Positions 56,773 through 64,000 of a DNA stretch of 64,000 bases are shown piece after piece. The stretch's first letter is position 1. Each line of letters starts with the position of its first letter. The stretch comes from Deltaproteobacteria bacterium (lineage in GTDB: Bacteria; Bdellovibrionota; JAJCYS01), in the NCBI GenBank assembly GCA_029262815.1, contig JAJCYS010000029.1, positions 9,837 through 73,836 on the forward strand, read 5' to 3'. The translations under genes were made by a program, and so were the position numbers. The notes beneath the pieces are model-generated. The model had not been told where the DNA came from, made no database searches, and saw nothing but the letters and a program-made list of their open reading frames with translations.

Positions 56773-59355
56773 ATGCGGGGGATTTTGACTACTCTAGTTT
56801 GCCTGTGGGGGTGCGTAACCTGGGGTTCAGAATGTAAGAACCCTGAAAACGTTGAAACATGGACTTCAGACCATTTAGAGTGGCAGCTTGATTCTAAATG
56901 GGCCGAAGAAAAATCGACTAAAGTCAATGAACTATTGAGTCTAAAGAAAATTAATTCGCAGGATTGGTATCACTTTCTCAAAAGCAGCACGACCGAGTTA
57001 GCTGATTTAATTGACGAAATTTGTGGGTCAAAAAAAATCCGTAGGATCAAAAGTCGTATCAAAACCCATGTGGGCAGAGGATGGTTGGGTCGATTTTTTT
57101 TAGGGGACCGGCTGATTGTGCTACCTCAAAAGATTCAAAATAAAAAACATCTTGCAGAGGTGCTCATCCGTTTGACGGAATTAGCACGCGAACGAAAAAT
57201 TCAACTGATGCGAGAGCCGTTAAAAAAAACGTTCATCCCATTCTTCTTTGTTAAGGAAGCTGAAAAAGTACGACGTGACATTGAGTACATGGAGAAGCGC
57301 TATATGGTTCGTGATGTGGAGTTGTTAATATTTTTTGCAGCGGCAAAGATTTCGGCGCCCAAGCGCATTTGGCCTGAAACGCCTACGGCACCCTTAGAGA
57401 ACATCCTGGGTGGACAAGTGATCAAACCCAGCCAGTTAGATTCCCTTATGAATAATCAGATGATAAAACTTCCTGGTTTTTTTGAATCTGCGATAAAAGG
57501 TCAACATTGGGCGAACTATGGTAAAACGCATTGGGCGTCTTTAATACTTTGGACGTTATTTTATGCAGTACCGATAGAAGATGAAGATCCCACCGATTTT
57601 GGAAATGTGGGTGATGGATCCATCTATCATGCAGCAGAAATAGAAGAACAAGATGAAACGTTCCAGGATCATCCTCAAAAAGCTGTGATTGTTGATGTGA
57701 AATTATCTCAAGATGAGCTTTTAAAGATTCAAATTGGAACATATGACACGGCGGGTGACTATCTAACAGTCAATCAAACCAACCTAAATCGATATACGGT
57801 TTATGTTGCGAAAGTATTACAGGTCAGATTCCGTGGCGAAACAGTCTTTGAACGTTATGCTCGTGCTGCGCACAATCGAACCTTGAGTTTTAAATTAGGC
57901 AAACAGTTTCTCTGGATGCTCTTTGACCCAAAGCTACGGGAATACGGATTGAGTTTTACAAATTTCATGCTTCACAAATGGACGCCTGAGAAATTTAAAA
58001 AATTGATAGAGAAACAGGATGTGGCTTACATTCCTTCGTTTATGAAAGGCGAGGCTAAACAGAATCTTGAGAAGTTGCAGTCTTTAGTTCGCAGTGGAGA
58101 CGCAAAAGCGCAGGAATTATTCAACCTTCTGTATTCAAGGTATGCCGAAGTCACGAATCAACCCGTATTTAATGTCGTGTATCTTGCAATGATGGAGGAT
58201 CAGGATTTATTTGAAAAGAGTAAAAGTAGACAATCTTTAGTACGGATTGGGAAAATTATTTTAAGTACGGTTGTAGCATCAAAAGCGCAAGCTTTTGCCA
58301 AACTACAAACCCGAATGGGATGGGTCAGCTCAAGTACGGCACTGGCTACATTTGGGGGAACTTACTACGCGGCAACAACCCTTGAGGATATCTTAACGCA
58401 TACGAATTTAAGTACATTTTGGGCGCAAGAGGCCCGTTTATTAGGACGAGAGACGGAGTACGATGTATTTATCAAACGGTTGGATGCTGTATACACCGAT
58501 AAAACACTTTCTGATTTACCGCTAGTTCACTTTTTAAAAGAAATCGATCCCATTATTCGTATGCCTAACTTATTGATCCGAGGGCGTTTGTTTTCTTATC
58601 TACAAAAATCTGATGTTAAAAAACGAATTGCAACATGTTTGGGTGAACCTGGATTGTTTGTTTCAGAAGAAAAACAGTTAAAAGATTCAGAGCAGTTTCT
58701 TAACAAAGCATTCACATATCCCATGATGTGTGAGCTGTACGTGCTAGCTACCCATGGGGTCAAGTCGCCTATCAAAACCTTAGTCATTAAAAAAGGCATT
58801 GAAGGAGAGGTGCACCCCAACTCTCATGCAAGGGTCTCTGTTCTGGGTCAAACACATCAAGGTACGTTTGTGTTTACACCACGTACAGGATGGCCTAACC
58901 ATGTATCGGTCTATGTACTGGGCAGTTTGCTTTGGATGACCATATTGGACCAGTACGTGAAAGACGTATCCTATTATCCAACGGCTGAGCTTTTTGAGCA
59001 GGCATGTTTGTGGCATGTGTATATGGCTATGAAAGTTCAAACATTTATGATGATGCACGTTGAAGGAAAAACCAAATCCAGCATTGTATTATGGTCGACT
59101 TCAAGAGAGGAAGTTCAAAATCGAGCAAAGAATGACAAAGCTGTCAAAGTGATAGCTGATCGTGCATTGAATAACTTTAATAGTGTCCAAGGGATCACCT
59201 TAAAATCCCATTTGTTACAACAGTCCCAGTACGGAAGCCAGGTTGATGCGTATTGGTTATATGCATTGCGTCCTTTCCCCTTAGCCCATATTTTTAAATC
59301 TTTGAAACAAGTCTATGGTCCTGGATATAGAAAGTACTACCTTAAATACTATTAG
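56773..59355 (+). CDS. Large exported hypothetical protein (860 aa)
   Basis: Signal ending VTWG then SEC; two internal hydrophobic patches; no recognisable family. Confidence 0.8.
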   Translation: MRGILTTLVCLWGCVTWGSECKNPENVETWTSDHLEWQLDSKWAEEKSTKVNELLSLKKINSQDWYHFLKSSTTELADLIDEICGSKKIRRIKSRIKTHVGRGWLGRFFLGDRLIVLPQKIQNKKHLAEVLIRLTELARERKIQLMREPLKKTFIPFFFVKEAEKVRRDIEYMEKRYMVRDVELLIFFAAAKISAPKRIWPETPTAPLENILGGQVIKPSQLDSLMNNQMIKLPGFFESAIKGQHWANYGKTHWASLILWTLFYAVPIEDEDPTDFGNVGDGSIYHAAEIEEQDETFQDHPQKAVIVDVKLSQDELLKIQIGTYDTAGDYLTVNQTNLNRYTVYVAKVLQVRFRGETVFERYARAAHNRTLSFKLGKQFLWMLFDPKLREYGLSFTNFMLHKWTPEKFKKLIEKQDVAYIPSFMKGEAKQNLEKLQSLVRSGDAKAQELFNLLYSRYAEVTNQPVFNVVYLAMMEDQDLFEKSKSRQSLVRIGKIILSTVVASKAQAFAKLQTRMGWVSSSTALATFGGTYYAATTLEDILTHTNLSTFWAQEARLLGRETEYDVFIKRLDAVYTDKTLSDLPLVHFLKEIDPIIRMPNLLIRGRLFSYLQKSDVKKRIATCLGEPGLFVSEEKQLKDSEQFLNKAFTYPMMCELYVLATHGVKSPIKTLVIKKGIEGEVHPNSHARVSVLGQTHQGTFVFTPRTGWPNHVSVYVLGSLLWMTILDQYVKDVSYYPTAELFEQACLWHVYMAMKVQTFMMMHVEGKTKSSIVLWSTSREEVQNRAKNDKAVKVIADRALNNFNSVQGITLKSHLLQQSQYGSQVDAYWLYALRPFPLAHIFKSLKQVYGPGYRKYYLKYY

Positions 59356-59364
59356 GATACGTCC

Positions 59365-60408
59365 TTGCTCGTACTTTGTACTTACAAAGTATTTGTGATA
59401 AAAAGAGATGTGGGAAGGTTACTTAACCTTTATCTATGTTTGTATATTTTTGGATGGTCGACTTTCTCAATAGCCGCATGTGAACTTCAAACCCGTGTTT
59501 TAGCTCATGTAGGTAACGCTGTACAAATAAATGGCGTAGAGCATTTAATTAATGCCAAGCGATTTCAAGAAGCTATTTGGCTTTTGTATTCCCGCGACCG
59601 AAAAGCGGCACGCGCACTTGAAAATTTCTTGGAAGAGTATCTTAGCCGTGCAGAAATGGAGAGCCTTCCCGCAGAAGTTGTAAAAATTGGGGATACACGA
59701 GTTCCAATTGAGACGACGGTCGATGGCGTCAGAATTCTTTCTTACACGGGTGGGCAATTGGGTGAAGCAGCTGCCTTTAAACTGAGTCAACTTTGGGAGC
59801 TTGATTTTGTGCCGGTGTCTGCCGTTTCGAAAAACGACCCAACTGTTGTGCGCCAATTGTGGGTTGAGGGTGAGCCTACTCTTTTATCTAATAGTCCAAA
59901 ATATCAACGTGCTAAATCCCAGAAGGGTGGGTTGGGGTTTGTGAAGCGGGTGATTCTTGGATTTTTCGTAAAATCGTTCTACACACTGACTGATCAGGAT
60001 ATACCTCAAGATTTAAGTTATTTTGATTGGCGGATCCAAAATCGAACGCGAAGTGATTTAACAATTTATTCTGTGAACATTCCAACTTTGGGTGTTATGC
60101 GGTATTCACTTCTGCATCGTGACCTTTTTTATACACGAAACGCGATGAAAAATAATTACAGCTTGATGTTGTCTACAGCATCTTATGAGGATGTGATGTA
60201 CATTTTGGGTGTTAACAAGGTAGATCCTTCAGATACGCTCAGTCATAGATTAGGTAATATTTCTGAACAGGAATATGAATCGGTACTTTTTCCGTATGTG
60301 AAAACACATCAAATTGAAGAGTTTATAAACGAAGCTTGGCATGATGTGGATATTGAAACGTTGTATAAGCAAGTAGATATTCAGTATTCAGGCTACGGGC
60401 CAGAGTGA
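59365..60408 (+). CDS. Exported PI3/PI4-kinase-like (atypical kinase fold) protein, probably a pseudokinase
   Basis: Signal ending FSIA-AC. GEAAAFKLSQLWELDFVP, QLWVE and FDWRIQNRTR match the E.AAY...L....VP / Q.WV / FD.LI.N.DR pattern except for the catalytic Asp. Confidence 0.65.
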   Translation: MLVLCTYKVFVIKRDVGRLLNLYLCLYIFGWSTFSIAACELQTRVLAHVGNAVQINGVEHLINAKRFQEAIWLLYSRDRKAARALENFLEEYLSRAEMESLPAEVVKIGDTRVPIETTVDGVRILSYTGGQLGEAAAFKLSQLWELDFVPVSAVSKNDPTVVRQLWVEGEPTLLSNSPKYQRAKSQKGGLGFVKRVILGFFVKSFYTLTDQDIPQDLSYFDWRIQNRTRSDLTIYSVNIPTLGVMRYSLLHRDLFYTRNAMKNNYSLMLSTASYEDVMYILGVNKVDPSDTLSHRLGNISEQEYESVLFPYVKTHQIEEFINEAWHDVDIETLYKQVDIQYSGYGPE

Positions 60409-60413
60409 TAATC

Positions 60414-62573
60414 TTAGAGCCACAGACTGGCTAGTGAGAAGGTTGCCCATGCACTGACGTAAGCAAGAAGGGTCATGCCGCTAAAGACGCTCACAGGTAA
60501 TACCCAGGAATTGGCTTCACGTCGAAGCACGGCTAATGTAGACATGCACTGCATAGCAAATGCAAAAAACACAAGCAGGCTTAACACCGTGGGGATGGTG
60601 TAAATTGGATTGCCGTCAGCCCAGGTATCTGAATGCATGGCCGATCGCAGGGAGTGCGATTCTTCATCTACATCTCCTAAGCTGTAAATCGTGCCAAGTG
60701 TCCCGATGATCACTTCACGTGCTGCGAAAGCACTGATGAGGCCTATTCCAATTTTCCAATCAAACCCCAGGGGCTTGATTACAGGCTCAATCACAGTACC
60801 GAGTTGTCCTAGATAACTGCTCTTTAACAAAGTGCCTTGGATAGTTGCCTCAGACGCACCTTGCGTAATGAGTGTGTGCTTCAGTGGTTCGTTGCGTGGG
60901 AATGTACCTAAAAACCAAAGCACCATTGAGCAGACAAGAATGACTTTCCCCGCTTTGAATATAAATACTTTGGATCGGAGTTTTAAAACCATACCCAAAG
61001 TTTTTAAACTGGGACGTCGGTATAATGGCATAGGCACAGCCGGTGGTTTTGGGTAGGTTGGATTCGGTAAAATATGTTTCAGGCAAAATGAAAGTGCCAG
61101 CGCGCCGACAATGCCCAGTACATAAAGACTGAAGAACAAAAGGCCCTGAAGATTCAAAAACCCAAACACAGTGATACCCGGAATAAAAGTTGCAATCAGA
61201 AGTGCATACACGGGGAGTCGTGCACTGCAGGTCATCATCGGGGATAAGATCATCGTGATGAGTCGGACTCTGTTATTAGAAATGTGCCGTGTAGCCATGA
61301 TGCCTGGTATCGCACATGCAAACGATGAAAGTAATGGAATAAAGGATTGGCCGGACAGCCCAACACGCTGAAAAAATCGATTCACAAGTGCTGATGCCCT
61401 GGGTAAATAACCTGAGTCTTCTAACACGGTGATGAAAGCAAACAAGATTAGGATTTGGGGCAAGAAGACAAGAAAATTGCCAATACCCCCTATGACTCCA
61501 GAGTGGATAAAACTTCTGAGCAGTCCCTCTGGGATTAGGTACGTGACAGCAGCCTGTACATGACCCATGAGAAACTCAACGCCTTCCATGAGAGGTGCTG
61601 CCCACGTATAAACAGACTGAAACATGAACGCCATGATGCCTAGAAACACTAGAGTGCCATAAATAGGATGCATCAACCATCGGTCAATCGCAGCCGTTCG
61701 ATCATGTGCTGAACGTGTATTGCTCTGGGTCTGTTTTAAGACTTTTGTTTTTGTTTGCTCGGCCCAATGAACGTGTGCCGCATTGATATCTTGCCACTGT
61801 ACTTTTTTGACTTCATCTTCAAGCGCATCCAGGTTAAGTACTTTTAAAGAAAAGGGAAACCGACTTGCATTGAGCGTCCCACACTGACCCAACTCTTCAA
61901 TGACACGTTTGGCCCAGTAGGTCGCATGTTGTGCAACTGTTTCGGGGGTTTGGCGCGCTATGGCTTGAGCCGTTTTTTGAATGAGGTTTTGGAGAGTGGG
62001 TTCGAAGTTAGGATTATAACAAGGCTTTAAGTAGTATCCTTTTTCATCAACTAGATTTTTAAGTAAATCACTAAGTCCATGTTTTTTCGTAGCCACGGTA
62101 CCCACAACGGGTACGCCTAAATGAGAAGCAAGATGCTCAAGATCGACGCTCTGTCCTGATGCGTGAACTGTATCTAACATATTGACAACAACAATGACAG
62201 GCATGTGGATGTCACGAAATTGTGATAGTAAGTACAGTCCGTCTTCTAAGCAGCTGCCATCGAGTATGAGTAATACGGTCTCGGGTGTGCCGCACTGAGA
62301 CATGCCAAACAGATAATTCGTTGCGATCATTTCGTCTACACTGCTGGGTGAAAAACTGCGAAGCCCAGGTAAATCGACAATGACGAAATGGCCGTCTGGT
62401 GTTTTGAGATGCCCCTCGAATTTTTCTACGGTTACACCTGGGAAATTAGTGGCTTTTTGCCTAGCTCCCGTGAGCGCGTTAAATAAGGTGCTTTTGCCAG
62501 CATTTGGTCTGCCCGCTAAAGCCACAATTCGTGGGTTCGGTTCATTAATTTTTTGTGTTTCGTTTCTCATCAA
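60414..62573 (-). CDS. feoB: Ferrous iron transporter FeoB
   Basis: GRPNAGKSTLFNALTG, NFPGVTVE, DLPG, NMLD, LEDSGY, CSARLP, AAREV. Confidence 0.97.
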   Translation of the reverse strand: MMRNETQKINEPNPRIVALAGRPNAGKSTLFNALTGARQKATNFPGVTVEKFEGHLKTPDGHFVIVDLPGLRSFSPSSVDEMIATNYLFGMSQCGTPETVLLILDGSCLEDGLYLLSQFRDIHMPVIVVVNMLDTVHASGQSVDLEHLASHLGVPVVGTVATKKHGLSDLLKNLVDEKGYYLKPCYNPNFEPTLQNLIQKTAQAIARQTPETVAQHATYWAKRVIEELGQCGTLNASRFPFSLKVLNLDALEDEVKKVQWQDINAAHVHWAEQTKTKVLKQTQSNTRSAHDRTAAIDRWLMHPIYGTLVFLGIMAFMFQSVYTWAAPLMEGVEFLMGHVQAAVTYLIPEGLLRSFIHSGVIGGIGNFLVFLPQILILFAFITVLEDSGYLPRASALVNRFFQRVGLSGQSFIPLLSSFACAIPGIMATRHISNNRVRLITMILSPMMTCSARLPVYALLIATFIPGITVFGFLNLQGLLFFSLYVLGIVGALALSFCLKHILPNPTYPKPPAVPMPLYRRPSLKTLGMVLKLRSKVFIFKAGKVILVCSMVLWFLGTFPRNEPLKHTLITQGASEATIQGTLLKSSYLGQLGTVIEPVIKPLGFDWKIGIGLISAFAAREVIIGTLGTIYSLGDVDEESHSLRSAMHSDTWADGNPIYTIPTVLSLLVFFAFAMQCMSTLAVLRREANSWVLPVSVFSGMTLLAYVSAWATFSLASLWL

Positions 62574-62669
62574 ATTAGTACGTAACAGGGACGGCTTTTA
62601 TTAGGATTAAATTACGACATTTTTTTACGTGTTTAAAGAACTTTTTTGCTTTTACATGGGAGGATACTA

Positions 62670-62848
62670 AGACGAGTTCTCACGAGGGATTCTACTGCGG
62701 AATAGATCTTTTGGCCAACGACTTCGTCGATTTTCATGAAAAAATCCTCGATGTAGCGCTACTACACCTGCGGTTTCTCCACTCAATCTCCTCGTTTCGG
62801 CTCAAAATCTCAATTTCCTCGCAACGAATCCCTTATGAGGACACGTCC
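62670..62848. mobile_element. MITE family A, copy 2 (179 bp, inverted and more diverged)
   Basis: Reverse-complement match to 42273-42451 (e.g. cctcgatgtagcgctactacacctgcggttt); TA on both sides; left TIR decayed. Confidence 0.85.
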
Positions 62849-62925
62849 TAAAAAAGAGGGGGTAGATACTCAAACTTTTGAAAAGAGTACTGGTTTTTGA
62901 ATCAGGGCCTTGTTAGGTTTGGGGC

Positions 62926-63633
62926 ATGTTATCTCCTGAATTGTTGCTACCACACTATTTACCTTCTTTACGGACTTCGCCCACGGATCGCCTGGTATTG
63001 GGGTTTAGCTATGAGCAATCAAAGGCGTTGAACAGCCTCAAAAAGTGGGGGCAGGTGGACCCAATTGCCTACCGTCGCCCCGTAAGTCTCTACCATGTTC
63101 GACCCAATACGGATGAGTACGCTCCACTTCTAGTCGGATTCATGCATGGATTCGGGTTTCAAACGCTTTGGGTCTTATTGTCTGAGTTTCAGGCTTGGGG
63201 CATACGGTCGGTTGTTCTGACAGGGTTTGGAGGGCACACATTCAAGGCGCCTAAGGGTCAAGGATATTGGATTTCAAAGGCTTATAAACAAATTTCAAAC
63301 ACAGAAATTTCATCCGATGCAGTCAAACCTCAAACGCCTGTTACAAAACATCCTTTGGGTCGTGCTGAAGTCTCATGCGTCTCAACCTTTTCACCTTATG
63401 AATCTCAGTTGGATTTATCTCCGGTTATCGATATTGAGTATATAGTCGATATGGAAGTGGCATGGTTTTTTGAGCGATGTAATGCATTATCGTTGGCCTG
63501 CGGGGCAGTTCTCAGGGCATATGATTTTCTAGGGAGCCGTGCATATAAACCGAATGTGCACACGCCTCTTGATGTAAAAAATGATTTAGAACATTTACTA
63601 CATCAAATGATGACACTAGAACCGGTCTCATAA
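62926..63633 (+). CDS. Hypothetical protein, divergent nucleoside-phosphorylase-like
   Basis: GIRSVVLTGFGG and VDMEVA resemble PNP/UDP_1 motifs. The last codons EPVS* come from the MITE. Confidence 0.55.
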   Translation: MLSPELLLPHYLPSLRTSPTDRLVLGFSYEQSKALNSLKKWGQVDPIAYRRPVSLYHVRPNTDEYAPLLVGFMHGFGFQTLWVLLSEFQAWGIRSVVLTGFGGHTFKAPKGQGYWISKAYKQISNTEISSDAVKPQTPVTKHPLGRAEVSCVSTFSPYESQLDLSPVIDIEYIVDMEVAWFFERCNALSLACGAVLRAYDFLGSRAYKPNVHTPLDVKNDLEHLLHQMMTLEPVS

Positions 63634-63796
63634 ATAACTTCGTAATGAGATCGAGCGAAATCTGTAGCCTCAAGGCCGCAGGTGAAAAATGCTCGGAGGT
63701 GGCCTCATTGGCCACCCGAGAACATTTTTTACCGAGAACGACGAGGCTGGGCAGATTGCAGCTGATCGGAATAGAAGTTATTTATGAGACCGGTTC
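63619..63796. mobile_element. MITE family B, copy 2 (178 bp, intact)
   Basis: Perfect 23-bp TIR gaaccggtctcataaataacttc; TA at 63617-18 and 63797-98. Confidence 0.92.
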
Positions 63797-63820
63797 TAAC
63801 TTCAGAAGAGGGCTAGGGTT

Positions 63821-64000
63821 TTATGTGTGCACTCTTTTACTGGCATCCGTGTGAGGCTGGGAGAATGCGTCACATTGCCACAAAGTGCTCAAGTATGTTG
63901 TAAGCCATTCATAATGGGCAATGAGCGCCCCAAACGCTTCAGGGGTTAATTTATTCAGTAAGAGTAGGGTCATGGGTGTAGGCAAGAGTAAGTCGATATG
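63821..64000 (-). CDS. C-terminal end of a glucose-6-phosphate isomerase-like protein (partial; not in the ORF track)
   Basis: Manual translation ...LNKLTPEAFGALIAHYEWLTTYLSTLWQCDAFSQPHTDASKRVHT* resembles the PGI tail LTP..LG.LIA.YE...FDQ.GVE.GK. Confidence 0.65.
   Translation of the reverse strand, partial: HIDLLLPTPMTLLLLNKLTPEAFGALIAHYEWLTTYLSTLWQCDAFSQPHTDASKRVHT

Noticed and set aside
341..63854. The many 60-150-aa ORFs antisense to or nested within long genes
   Set aside because: These are shadow ORFs without RBS or recognisable motifs.
1..64000. Prophage, integron, autonomous IS, defence island, rRNA or tRNA
   Set aside because: I recognised no integrase, transposase, phage structural, cas or restriction genes, attC arrays or structured RNA genes by eye. 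Small ncRNAs cannot be excluded without a covariance-model search.

Overview
This is a 64-kb, fairly AT-rich bacterial chromosomal segment. Gene content suggests a Bdellovibrionota/deltaproteobacterial-type, possibly predatory or host-associated organism, but that is inference only. I saw no rRNA, tRNA, CRISPR array, transposase or phage genes. Scattered housekeeping genes (yjbQ, murJ, pepD-like, galE, PduO-type adenosyltransferase, class II HMG-CoA reductase, cmk, dCMP deaminase, feoB, pgi-like) are interleaved with many orphan exported proteins. Main observations: (1) About ten unrelated proteins carry a signal peptide followed within a few residues by a lone Cys. Several of them, plus one exported methyltransferase without the Cys, have folds that normally work only in cytoplasm (SAM methyltransferases, kinase or pseudokinase folds, an HYD1-like ADP-ribosyltransferase, PepD). 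This suggests a tagged effector repertoire. (2) An 1888-aa exported toxin-like protein has an SDxD nucleotidyltransferase-like motif, a hydrophobic core and a duplicated beta domain. (3) Two convergent paralogous YVTN-propeller/di-heme cytochrome c lipoproteins flank an exported Ppx/GppA-like enzyme and a GAMT/RMT2-like methyltransferase, with two small beta-barrel paralogs upstream. (4) A lipoprotein has 11 proline-containing 15-residue coiled-coil repeats. (5) Two ~180-bp TA-flanked MITE families supply stop codons to neighbouring genes, and REP-like elements and a perfect 34-bp inverted repeat are also present. (6) One lipoprotein gene appears to start at ATA. All family calls come from visual motif recognition, not database searches.
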